A stretch of 63,826 nucleotides of DNA, the filler included, from Globobulimina sp. (Eukaryota), in assembly GCA_003354225.1 (NCBI GenBank). It is 44 parts of 44 records of this genome, joined end to end, with 100 filler letters (N's around TTAATTAATTAA, not from the genome) between each part and the next. Parts side by side here need not be neighbours in the genome. Positions count along the whole stretch, not along the records: positions 1 to 1,354 come from PIVH01018086.1; positions 1,455 to 2,808 come from PIVH01018087.1; positions 2,909 to 4,262 come from PIVH01018088.1; positions 4,363 to 5,716 come from PIVH01018089.1; positions 5,817 to 7,170 come from PIVH01018090.1; positions 7,271 to 8,624 come from PIVH01018091.1; positions 8,725 to 10,078 come from PIVH01018092.1; positions 10,179 to 11,532 come from PIVH01018093.1; 36 more parts are not named here. One strand, given 5' to 3'. Every line of letters starts with the position of its first letter. Within the stretch, counting starts at the first letter, position 1. The position numbers and the translations under genes are program-made. The notes beneath the pieces were generated by a model. It ran no database searches, had not been told where the DNA came from, and saw nothing but the letters and a program-made list of their open reading frames with translations. This document shows positions 1-11,383 of the stretch, piece after piece.

Positions 1-32
1 GAATATTCAACTTTGTTTCAAATATCAAAATA

Positions 33-543
33 ATGGGAATTTGTGCAACAGGAATCCATAGGAATGATGAACCAGAAATTGATGTGGATGAGGAACAATT
101 ACAAGATTTAATAAAAACACAAATTGAGGAAATACCAGACAAAGTGAGGGAAAATTGTGATACCTTTCCTGTTGAAATACAAAATGCAGAGCCAAATGAA
201 TATGCTGTGCCTGATACAAAACTCAAATTAAACAAAAATACGCCTCTCGAGGAAATCGCAATGGCTGCTATTAAATCTGCGTTTGGTGAAACTATGCGAA
301 ATAAAATAAAGGTATTAAAATATTATATTTTATAAACAAAAAAGCAGCCACAAATGAGACGATATGCATGTTATATAGAAAGATATTTGGAGCCAACTTG
401 AGACACAAATCGAGGAACAATTGAATGAATGTGATGCATCGGACAAATTAAAGAAAAATGCAAAGGATAAAGTGATTGAACAAATTGATAATGAAGTTGA
501 TGTGCGGATGGATGAGGCATTGGAGAAAATGGAACAAAATTAA
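33..543 (+). CDS. Hypothetical acidic helical protein, 2 exons (33-311, 379-543), possible N-myristoylation/palmitoylation (MGIC)
   Basis: Removing GT..AG intron 312-378 gives a continuous frame ending at TAA 541-543. Confidence 0.6.
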
Positions 544-751
544 TCATTAATGTACGTTAATTGCATACACCACTCCATATATTGTATTTCTTTCGATTCG
601 TATCGGTTTAGGCTTGCTTTCGTCAAATCCGATATATAGAGTGCAAGGATAATTATTAGTGTTTCTAGCTCAAATATATTTCATCAAATTCGAAAGCAGT
701 CATCATTTTTGGTTGTTGTTTTTTTAAGTGAAGATTAAGTGAATACACATA

Positions 752-1354
752 ATGTCGCAAGGAGAAACGATCGAAACTCCGTTAACAAAATTATTGGGAA
801 TTAAATATCCAATATTGTTAGCAGGAATGAACAAAGCGGCCGGACCCAAATTAGCCTGCGCCGTAACAAATGCAGGTCCCCTTATTTAGTAGCACTTTTG
901 TGCATATTTCCTCAAAAACAAAAAAAACAAAGGCGGTCTCGGTGTAATCGGTGGCGTAGGCTTCACTCCTCGTATTTTGCGGATCTCCATAAAACATTTA
1001 AAAAAGGGCTTAAAAGACAAAAACGCGCCATTTGGCGTGGATTTATTATTACCAAAAATCGGCGATGGTGCCAGGAAAACCAACTATGATTACACCAAAG
1101 GCAAATTAGACGCGTTGATTGACATTATCATCGAAGGTGGCGCGAAATTATTTGTGTGTGCCATTGGCGTGCCGCCCAAAGCCATAATCACTAAACTGCA
1201 CTCCGCCGGAATTTTGTGTATGAATATGATTGGCCATCCCAAGCACGTAAAATATGCATTGGCGGCAGGCGCAGATATAATATGCGCGCAAGGTGGCGAA
1301 GGTGGGGGCCATACGGGCAATGTCCCCACGTCCATATTACTACCGTCCTGTGTG
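752..1354 (+). CDS. Nitronate monooxygenase / 2-nitropropane dioxygenase family (3' truncated), intron 876-932
   Basis: Spliced product MSQGETIETPLTKLLGIKYPILLAGMN..AVTNAGGLGVIGG...ICAQGGEGGGHTG matches the NMO/FabK family signature. Confidence 0.92.
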
Positions 1355-1454
1355 NNNNNNNNNNNNNNNNNNNNNNNNNNNNNNNNNNNNNNNNNNNNTT
1401 AATTAATTAANNNNNNNNNNNNNNNNNNNNNNNNNNNNNNNNNNNNNNNNNNNN
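1355..1454. other. Artificial contig linker (44N-TTAATTAATTAA-44N); first of ~43 identical linkers spaced ~1.45 kb apart
   Basis: The same N-flanked six-frame stop cassette recurs through the whole window, and the flanking DNA changes content at each one. Confidence 0.99.
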
Positions 1455-1879
1455 GATATTTGGATTAAGCAAAATATGTTGGTATTTGATGACACCCCAT
1501 TGTATGCAAAAAATCTTTCTTTTCCCAGATTTAGAATTACTTAATTTCTGAAGTTATTCATTAACCCTTTACACGCCACCATCTTAGGATTGTAATACAA
1601 TTGTTAACCATATAAAAATGCAAAATAATTGTTTTTTTTTGCTGAACTTAAGAAATACAAAAAAACAAAACAAAATAAAGAAGAAAAACAAAAAGACTCA
1701 CAAACAAAAAGAAGAAAAGTAAAACAAAAAATAATAATAATTGTTTTCATAAACAAAAAATAAATAACGAATATGATCGATTTTTTTATATACATCATTT
1801 AATAAACAGAATAATAATAATATAGTACAAAAACAGCAAAAAAATATTAAAAATTATTTATTAAATATGAGAATGACCT

Positions 1880-2808
1880 TTATTTATTAACACCGACATC
1901 CTCAATAACAGTATGTGTCTCACCCTGCTGTCCCTCACTCATTGGCGCGTCAATAATTTCTCCCATTTCAATCTCAACATTCTCCGAAAACTGATCATTT
2001 TCATTCCTTTTAAATTTAACATAGCGTGTTTTATCATTGTAATGAGCAACAACTTTTTGTTTCCCTTTATCTTCCAATTCAGTCGATATCTCATCAAATA
2101 TTTCAAATAAACATTTCTCCCCTTTTCCATCATTCATATCAAGCAATGTTTTATCAACAAATGAGGCCAACATATAACTACCAAATTCAGTGTCTAATTT
2201 TGATTGAAATCCAGCATTCGCGGCATGTATCTCTACAAGTTTATGGTCGGGGTTTTTCTCCCCGAGATACCAAAGGCCAATCTCCTCTTTTTCTTCCTTT
2301 TCCTCTTTTTCCTCTTTTTCCTCTTTTCCTTCGAGTTCTTGAGAAAGCACTGTCTTCGCTGGTCCTTTACCGCCATCATTGTCAGAGTCACTTTCATCGC
2401 CACCACGTACTGTACCACGTTCATCGCCGCCATCACAACAATCAAACAAAAACAAACGAGGTATTTGTCTTAAATGCGCATAATCCGCACTGAATATTCT
2501 ATGAATTGCAGTTTTTTCAATCAATTTATAATCAGATGTACAAATATTTTGATTAAGGCCATGACAGGAAACAGCAACAATCAATGCATCATATTTATCC
2601 TTTGCAATTGTTTCGGTTGATATTACATTTTCATTTAAATCGTTTGCTTTCGTTGTTAATAATGTAATGATTTCATCCCGTTTCCATTCTAACTTTGCAT
2701 GCTTTGGATTATCTAATTTCGGATATATATCATAATTTAAATGATCAGCAAATAATTTATAAAGATTTGGAATATCCTGATCCAAATTTAAATCGTTTAA
2801 AAATCCAA
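1880..2808 (-). CDS. Caspase-fold cysteine protease (peptidase C14), 5' truncated
   Basis: ALIVAVSCHG (catalytic His), IPRLFLFDCCDG (catalytic Cys), acidic linker with EEK repeats, then a p10-like segment (HAANAGFQSKLDTEFGSYMLASF). Confidence 0.8.
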
Positions 2809-2908
2809 NNNNNNNNNNNNNNNNNNNNNNNNNNNNNNNNNNNNNNNNNNNNTTAATTAATTAANNNNNNNNNNNNNNNNNNNNNNNNNNNNNNNNNNNN
2901 NNNNNNNN

Positions 2909-4262
2909 AATGCATTTTGTTATTCCTTTGAGACATTCAATAAATTCTTTAAGATATTTAAAGATGGAAACCATTCAAACCACGACCAATTAAACAAAAA
3001 TGATATTTTTTATGGTGAAATCTGGATTTTACACGTTCGGTCTCATTTAATTGATTATCATACAAATTATCAACACAAATCACCACAAAACCTCAGGAAA
3101 AATAAGCTGCAGATAATCTCCTCCATTTACAAAAAAATGTATAAAGCGCACATAGCAACCAATAACGGGCAGTTTTTTATTGATTGGGCCAAATATTACA
3201 TCGATTTACGAAAAAAAAAGGAAAAAGCAAAAAAAATATTAACCATTGCCGCTACAAAACAACTGCAAATTGCACAAACTAATTTTACTGAATATTATTT
3301 ACAAATGCTCGGAACCAACGCGCCAAACCATGCAAATAATTATTTATCACATTCCGATTTGGGCTCCTCCTCAGACTCACAATTTGCAGACCATACAGAG
3401 AGCGAAAACGATGACGACGCCACGCTAAAACATCGAAATAATATGGACATTGATGAAAATGATGCAAACAATAATTATTTGTCCCGCTCGCGATCAACGC
3501 GGTCATTTATGTTCGGCAAACCACCGCAACGAGTCATCTCATCCTCATTCAATACAAATTGTACCACTTCCAACACAAACTCGCAAACCGATTCTGATCA
3601 TTTCGATGAGGAACCGCCGCAACAATATGACTATGACTCTGCCTCTGACTCACAACAAAACGATCAACAACAACCAGAAGATGAGGATGGTGATGAAAGT
3701 GGTGAATTATTTGTGGAGCATAAGTTTGGCCACAAATTGCAACAAATCACGGAAAACGGGATATTTTCTCCATTGCCGCCAAAAAATGATTTAAAAAGAA
3801 CTCCGTTTGTAACCCTAAAAAAAACAAAATTGGATCAAAATATAAATACACTCAACTCCAAGAATCTGAGTGTCAGCGTAGCAAAGAAAAGATTAGTCCC
3901 ATTTACACCCAATACACTAATCCGAAATATGTGTAACAATCAACATAAATCTTTTTCCTTTTCTCAATCCAAAAGGCAGCCAATTCAACGCAATCAAATG
4001 CATGCCAATGATCTGTGGAGTTGTCCGCGTTGTGCGTCTCCACAAAAACAATCAAACGGTGCATGTGAAATGTGTGGATTTGTAAATCAGAATCAAAAAT
4101 ACGCAGAGAAAGAGAACCATACTCCCCACAAATACTCGCGCCCCAAATCACAATCAACACCGCTTCCAATGCCAATGCCAATGACCATTGCAACCCCGCT
4201 CTCAAACCGACAATATACAAAATATGTAAATAATGTGTCTCCTTTTAGTGACAAAAAAAGTG
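2909..4262 (+). CDS. Bub1/Mad3-like (or Mps1-like) checkpoint protein fragment: TPR region, RanBP2-type zinc finger, KEN box
   Basis: Upstream exon KNDIFYGEIWILH plus IYKKMYKAHIATNNGQFFIDWAKYY resembles the Mad3/Bub1 TPR; WSCPRC-x10-CEMCG zinc finger; KENHTP. Confidence 0.55.
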
Positions 4263-4362
4263 NNNNNNNNNNNNNNNNNNNNNNNNNNNNNNNNNNNNNN
4301 NNNNNNTTAATTAATTAANNNNNNNNNNNNNNNNNNNNNNNNNNNNNNNNNNNNNNNNNNNN

Positions 4363-4947
4363 TATTTGGCAAATAAATATAATGGGAAATTTTTGACAAA
4401 AGACGAAAACGGGACAATCCATCCAAATATAGATGAAAATAAGTTAAAATGCAAAGTAATTCAATGGCTATTCTTCCAGAATGCAGGTGCTTATTTAGCT
4501 GTTTTTTTATCAATGATACATTTGTCTAACTGAACAGGTATTGGACCAATGCAAGGACAAAGCAATGTTTTTTACCGCTATGCTCCAAAGAAAATACCAT
4601 TTGCAATTAGCAGATATCAAAAGGAGACACGGAGATTGTATCAAGTGATGGAGAGAGAATTGCAACTAACAAATAACAAATATATTACAAACAATTATTT
4701 CCCAACGATTGCTGATTTTGCGTTGTATCCATGGATAAAAATCCATTTTTGGGCTGGTGTGAAAATTGATGGTTTGGACTATTTAAAGAAATGGATGAAG
4801 GCAATGGCGCAATTATCATATGTCAGACAAGGATTAAATATTCCACCAAAAGCAAAAAACTTACAAAGTGAAGCAAGAGTCACGCAGCAAGGTGGCAGAG
4901 CAATTATCATTGGAGATACCGCCGCTACATTGAAGTCAAAATTGTAA
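4363..4947 (+). CDS. Glutathione S-transferase, Ure2/YfcG (nu)-like, 5' truncated, intron 4487-4537
   Basis: Spliced [45 protein letters not shown]...TIADFALYPW. Confidence 0.92.
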
Positions 4948-5016
4948 TTATAACAGACAGCTAATAATTATTTGTAATCATATTCGTTGCTCAAAAACCT
5001 ACTTTGATTTTGATTC

Positions 5017-5716
5017 ATGTCGAATATGGCCGACAGTATTACAATATCATCACCATCGCATCACTCATATCATCATCATAAACAAATAAAACATGAGTAT
5101 GATTTAAACAGTCACTCAAATAATAATGATTTTATTCATTTCAATCCTCAATCACATCAATCAAAAAATACAAACACGAAAATAATTAAAACTGAGCCTG
5201 CCTTTCGTTGCCAAAAATGTCGACGAACATTTACTACAAATCATGGATTGGCAAGTCATCAACGGTATGTTTGCTATGTGTAATGTCTTTAAGTTTTTGT
5301 TTTGTATTTGTTATTTTTGTAAACAGTGTCCACAAAAACAAAATCGCGCCTGGACCGCAAAGAGAATCCCTTGATTTTAATGCAATGCTTAAAATGTATG
5401 AGTTTTATGTTTATTTGCAGTCAAAAAGAAAATCATTTAAGTCCTAAAACACAAAAAACAATTTAATTCACAGAAATTTCCATCAAAACCATCATTTGAA
5501 TTTTAATTCAAATCAAATTCGAAATTTAAGCTCTCAAATAAAGGAAAATTACCATTGCGATAAATGTAACGCAGCATTTTTTTATCGGAATGATTTGATA
5601 AAACACCAAAAATATTCGCAATGCTCCGAACGTCCATATTTATGTCCATTTTGTGAGAAACCATTTAAAGCACAATTGTCGGTAAAAAAAGATTGTTTAA
5701 ACCTTCATTCAGGAAT
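5017..5716 (+). CDS. C2H2 zinc-finger protein, multi-exon, 3' truncated
   Basis: FRCQKCRRTFTTNHGLASHQR, YHCDKCNAAFFYRNDLIKHQK, SERPYLCPFCEKPF. Confidence 0.8.
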
Positions 5717-5833
5717 NNNNNNNNNNNNNNNNNNNNNNNNNNNNNNNNNNNNNNNNNNNNTTAATTAATTAANNNNNNNNNNNNNNNNNNNNNNNNNNNN
5801 NNNNNNNNNNNNNNNNAACTTTATATGGCCATA

Positions 5834-6017
5834 TCGATTGCAACTTGTAACCGATTGTGAACTGTAATCGACTGTATGTCTAGTGTGTATAGGATGTATA
5901 GGCAAATTAATATTCGATTGCAACTTTTAAACGACTGTGAACTGTAATCGATTATTGCATGCATGTGGTAAGCTAATATTCGATTGTGAGTTGCGACCGA
6001 CTGTGAATTGTAATCGA
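5834..6017. repeat. Three 38-nt imperfect repeats with self-complementary ends, separated by mostly unique 42- and 28-nt spacers
   Basis: TCGATTGCAACTTGTAACCGATTGTGAACTGTAATCGA-like units at 5834, 5914 and 5980. Confidence 0.8.
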
Positions 6018-6888
6018 TTAGTAGTAGTAGCCAGTTGTGTTATTATAAAGGGTGCTCTTGACCGCGCATGTGCCATTTTTCCTCAACTTTCTCAAGGTAC
6101 CCTGTGCTAACATGCTAACATGTTAACCCTAGAAACATTCCTTTGTTTGCTTCCATCCTAAGGATTGATTACAGACACTGCACCAACAGTAACTCTCTCC
6201 ATTGAGATCCTGTCTTGTTAGGACATTTGTGGGCTGTTGCTAATATCACCTAAAACTATCCTGATCATTGAGAGTAAACAAATGACAGAACCAGGGAGTC
6301 AGTGATGTGTGGACTCTGAGCAAAAACAAAACAGCCAACTTTATATCGATGCTGTGGTGCAAGAATGAGATAACTACAGTAAAATCGCTAAATTCTAAAT
6401 AGTTATAATTAGGGTTTGAAAGCGTTTTATAATTTAATTTTGAAAAATACTGTAGTTATCTCATTCTTGCACCACAACGTCGATATGTGGCTCATCGATA
6501 CAAACTGTATCTGGCCATGATATATTATATATATTCGATTGTATGTTTGTTGATAACAAGAGCTGATTACGTCCATTGGTAGGTAATTAACTCTCCCAAT
6601 TGACTCTATGCGTTTGTGTTTTCTTGTTGCTGATAACACCTAAAATTATCCTGTTCATTTAAGAGTAAACAAATGATGTACATATAGAGAATAGAAGAAA
6701 AATAAAATAAAATATGATAAAAATTATACGAACATAAATAGCGATGATATAAATATTGAAAAAATGAAAACATTCAATATCAGGATTTTTTAAAATTTTA
6801 GGAGAGGTTTGACAAACAAAAATGGAAACACCAGAATGTAATCTGTTAAGGAGATTGCTGGTTGGTATGATGCTGGTGGCGATAGATT

Positions 6889-7170
6889 CAAGTCATATCC
6901 CCAAAACGGGATTGGATACCCTATCCGAGCCGTACCCCCAAAACGGGCTTGGATACCCTATCCAAGTCATACCCCTAAAACGGGCTTTGATACCCTATCC
7001 AAGACATACCCCCTAAAAGGGTTTGGATACCCTATCCAAGTCATACCCCCCTAAAACGGCCTTGGATACCCTATCCAAGTCATACCCCCTAAAACGGCCT
7101 TGGATACCCTATCCAAGTCATACCCCCTAAAACGGGCTTGGATACCCTATCCAAGTCATACCCCCTAAAA
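6889..7170. repeat. ~38-bp tandem minisatellite (7+ copies, runs off contig end) with an internal hairpin
   Basis: Unit CAAGTCATACCCCCTAAAACGGGCTTGGATACCCTATC; contains CTTGGATA-CCC-TATCCAAG inverted repeat. Confidence 0.95.
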
Positions 7171-7270
7171 NNNNNNNNNNNNNNNNNNNNNNNNNNNNNN
7201 NNNNNNNNNNNNNNTTAATTAATTAANNNNNNNNNNNNNNNNNNNNNNNNNNNNNNNNNNNNNNNNNNNN

Positions 7271-7557
<287 letters not shown>

Positions 7558-7859
7558 TCAGTTTTCCTTTTCACGCAGATATTCACCACTCACAATATTG
7601 ACAATAATATGTTTAAAATTTGCAAATGTGGAATGACGTCATTTTATTTTATTCTATTCTATTCGTGTGATCGATGAATATAAATTTGGATTAGCATTTA
7701 TCCGACGTGAATGACTCATGCCTTGCTTTGTGACTGTTTCTGATGTTTGAAGTGTGACTTGACTTAAGTGAAAACCTAGAAACATCAAATAAACAATTAA
7801 TCCTTGCGGATCGACAAGAAGTCGACATGACATATATTACAATTTATTGCTTTATTGGT

Positions 7860-7875
7860 GGTGTTGAAAAACACC
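7860..7875 (-). promoter_or_regulatory. Histone mRNA 3' stem-loop downstream of H2B
   Basis: Minus strand CCA-GGTGTT-TTTC-AACACC-ACCAA: 6-bp stem, 4-nt loop, 40 nt after the stop codon. Confidence 0.9.
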
Positions 7876-7915
7876 TGGTGAAAAATAAAAATTAAATAAT
7901 TAATTAAGAAATAAT

Positions 7916-8242
7916 TTATTGTGCGTATTTGTTGACTGCTTTGCTTGCCTCAGTTTCAGCATGTTTTGATAGCTCGCCTGGTAATACTAATTTGCAGGCA
8001 CACTGAACTGCTCTTGCATCCATTGTGGCTTTTTTATTATATTTGACAATATTGGAGGCTTCGGCTGCGATCCGATCAAATGTGTCATGCACAAATCCAT
8101 TCATTACGTTCATGGCTCTTTTACTCATTCCAATGTCTGGATGCACCTGTTTCAAAACCTTAAAAATATAAATGTTAAATGTCTCCTTTCTTTTTCTGTT
8201 ATATTTTCTGCCTGCTGCGGGTGCTGCTGTTTTGGCCGACAT
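7916..8242 (-). CDS. H2B: Histone H2B (divergent, 108 aa, intronless)
   Basis: [44 protein letters not shown]...[22 protein letters not shown]. Confidence 0.97.
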   Translation of the reverse strand: MSAKTAAPAAGRKYNRKRKETFNIYIFKVLKQVHPDIGMSKRAMNVMNGFVHDTFDRIAAEASNIVKYNKKATMDARAVQCACKLVLPGELSKHAETEASKAVNKYAQ

Positions 8243-8442
8243 TCTTGTTTTATGTTTTAAAGATAAAAAAATAAATTTGTTAATATGGTTTGTTTGATTG
8301 ATTGTTTTGGTGAAGAAAACAAAGAAACAATACTGCACATTTTATTTGTGAAAATTAATTATGAGAATTATACATGTTTGCATATGATTGGCCAACGAAA
8401 TAAATAAATAATGAATAATGAAATAATTATTTGTTGATTGGT

Positions 8443-8458
8443 GGTGTTGAAAAACACC
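8443..8458 (-). promoter_or_regulatory. Histone mRNA 3' stem-loop downstream of H1-like gene
   Basis: Identical GGTGTT-TTTC-AACACC hairpin with the same CCA/ACCAA flanks as at 7860-7875. Confidence 0.9.
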
Positions 8459-8505
8459 TGGTAAAAAATAAAAAATATATTGGATCTTACAAGAAAGCTT
8501 GAAAA

Positions 8506-8624
8506 TTATTTCTTTGATTTTCTTGCTGTTTTTTTCTTTTTGGTTGTTTTCTTTTTTGCCGATTTTTTAGCTGCTTTCTTTTTGGTGGCTGGTTTCTTTT
8601 TTTTTGTTGTTTTTTTCTTTTTTG
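8506..8624 (-). CDS. Histone H1-like lysine-rich C-terminal tail (5' truncated)
   Basis: KKKKTTKKKKPATKKKAAKKSAKKKTTKKKKTARKSKK*, followed by a histone stem-loop and located in a histone cluster. Confidence 0.8.
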
Positions 8625-10448
8625 NNNNNNNNNNNNNNNNNNNNNNNNNNNNNNNNNNNNNNNNNNNNTTAATTAATTAANNNNNNNNNNNNNNNNNNNN
8701 NNNNNNNNNNNNNNNNNNNNNNNNGTTGATTTAAATTTTCAGCCCAATCGGGATATTATTGACTGAGTTACAGATTTGTGTACAGATATTTAGCTATAAG
8801 TGAATTCCTATGGTAGAGTAGTTTTCGTGCCTGGACCAAAGATTACTGTATTTTCGTTATCATAAATGAAATGGCGATACTCTATTACCCCATAAATGAT
8901 TTTTTAAAACCTTAGCTATAAAAAGGTTTAGTTTTCGTGCTAGGGCCCAAGGGCAGTAGGCATATAAGTGGAGTTTTGTTCCCATACTTTGCGTGTAATC
9001 TGTGACATCATAATTGGGGAGTGCAAAATTAGGCCTATACTTTGTACACGATCTGTGAAGTCATAATGGGGAGTGCAAACCTATGCTTAATATGTTAATT
9101 AGGTGTTCCATGTTCAGAGGTCGAAGGTTTGGCCGTACGAGGTCGATTGGGATCGGGTAAAGTGCTAATAATGTTTTCATTGGTCCATATTTTACATTTT
9201 CGTGAGAAACTTTGCTCAAACCTAAAGACGATACACATTTTTGAAAAAAAGACATTATACTTATTGTTCCACCTCACCCAATAATTTTGCCCTATGCTTC
9301 CATCGACTGATGACTTCAACCATATGTGGCAAAGTTAATACATATATCGCCTAAGATGTGCTTTCTGTGCGGTGACATCTAGTTGCTGAATATGCTCTGA
9401 CATATCATGACATGAACCCCACCTGTCTGAGTTCTCGAGACTAAATCTTTTAGGTAAATGAGAATGCAATTTTTCAAACATTCGACCAACACTCAAACAT
9501 TGTAGTGGTATTGTATGGTTTCATTGTTTCTACAGATTCTGCATAGCCTAATGACATCTGCGTGAAAATTGCCAACACAGTCATCGGAGTGACCTTACCC
9601 AATTTGCTACTGCAGTTTTATTGAATTATTATGAGCGGTTCCTTTGTTTCTTTATATGTATAAATGTTTAATTTATGTAAATATAATTTTCACCTTTTTG
9701 GATTAAATATTTTTTGATTAAGATACAATAGAAAAGAATAATATAAGTAGTAAAAATCTAGAAATCGACAATAACATGAAAATATAAGCAGAAAATCAAC
9801 AAGGTCTGAAACATTTCGTCGAAATTAGCAATATTATTAGATAAATACACTCATTAAAAAGTCCCATTAGTCAAAGTATGGCAAAAACGCCAGAGCAATG
9901 CACTGCCTGGCAATCTCGCAGACAAACACTGAACACTCTACAACAGCAGAAGCCAATGACTTGGTGACATGACACACACCTACACATTTGTTGTACAAGT
10001 TATTGAAATCAGTCAGTAATGCACAAGGCATTAAGAAAGTGAAATATAGGGCTCAATGGAGCTGTGATTGCCTAAAGGNNNNNNNNNNNNNNNNNNNNNN
10101 NNNNNNNNNNNNNNNNNNNNNNTTAATTAATTAANNNNNNNNNNNNNNNNNNNNNNNNNNNNNNNNNNNNNNNNNNNNATATATAATCATGGTGCTCACC
10201 TCATAGACGAGAAATAGAAACAATATACCATACGACAACGATACTGTCAGACAGAAACAGGCCAAATAGAAACAGTATTTATAGAAATCAAAAACCGAAT
10301 GCATGGTAAATTTTGGCAGTAAATCAAAAACCAAACATAAACCAAACAAAAGGAAATGGTAAACTGCAGTGCCAGACGAAAGAAAAAAACGGAAACGCTT
10401 CTGAACCCCAAGAGTAAATAATAAATAATAAAACACATTGTCAATTTG

Positions 10449-11065
10449 TCATGTACGTGGTCTATATTTTCTTTTTTTAATCACAGTTTTTGATTTCCAA
10501 TCAAAATGTAATTGCTCCAATTTTTTACATTGCGTTTTGTTCAATACCAATGAAAACGAATGTACTTTGTTTTCAACAACTTTTATCCATCTCGCACTGT
10601 CAGGTTTAGCTGCAATTTCATTGAATGGAGCAGAATACCAAAACATCTGTTTGAATGAACTCATTCTATTTCGACAATGTTCCATTACAAGTTTATTAAA
10701 TATTTCATAATGATCGTTTCCCACAGCGTTTGCCAACCAATTTGAAAATTTTTCAACAGAAAGTGTTTTATTATTCAATCGTATATTCAATAAATTTAAT
10801 TTCTCCGATTCATAATAAATTCTCATATTAGGTTCATACAATTCTTTATATTCTTCATCATTTTCAATAATATCAACTAAAATATCCTGCCAATCCGCAG
10901 ATGCATTGTTTGCCTCCAACAATAACAATTTGATAAATTGCTTATCTTCAAAAAATTCATGAAATGATGAATGATATGTCAACATAAATGAGGATATCTC
11001 GGATAAAGTGTCATTATCAATGCCGGAGATATTTTGCACTGCGGCTTTTATAGCATTAACAATAA
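10449..11065 (-). CDS. Hypothetical protein, 3' part (AT-rich, host-like); 5' end replaced by bacterial DNA
   Basis: ~200-codon open frame with no recognised motif. Confidence 0.5.
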
Positions 11066-11383
11066 AATGTCTTTAAGTTTAACCTCTTCACCCAGCTCTC
11101 TAAGGCGACTGGCTTCATAGAGGCCGACAGCTAGCATTGGTCCAACCAACATAAAGCCCGCTGATAATGTTAAGGACATGGACATAAGGTCTAATTGGAT
11201 TAACCCCAAGAATAAGCCAACTGATATTGCTGTAAAAATAGCGCCGTAAGATAAGCTAATAAAAGGCATGGACCAGATATCGCTCCACCCTTTAGCAAGC
11301 CACCGCCAAGGGTCCTCACGGCTTATTTTGTTCACAGTAATAGTTTGTTGCGATGAACTAGATTGTTCACTTAGATTACTCAT
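11048..11383 (-). CDS. Bacterial DUF2189 integral membrane protein, N-terminal half (truncated at a chimeric junction)
   Basis: PWRWLAKGWSDIW...SLSYG...GFMLVGPMLAVGLYEASR; AGGGG Shine-Dalgarno-like sequence upstream; higher GC than neighbour. Confidence 0.85.
   Translation of the reverse strand: MSNLSEQSSSSQQTITVNKISREDPWRWLAKGWSDIWSMPFISLSYGAIFTAISVGLFLGLIQLDLMSMSLTLSAGFMLVGPMLAVGLYEASRLRELGEEVKLKDILLLML

Noticed and set aside
6889-7170. CRISPR array
   Set aside because: Sequences between the hairpins are near-identical, so there are no unique spacers, and no cas genes are present
8480-8680. Phe-rich plus-strand ORF (also 2204-2473, 45581-45919, 60967-61239)
   Set aside because: Antisense shadows of Lys/Glu-rich real genes
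8725-10078. Short ORFs and small local repeats (CATAATxGGGGAGTGCAAA twice)
   Set aside because: No protein motif or RNA structure I can support; looks like non-coding DNA
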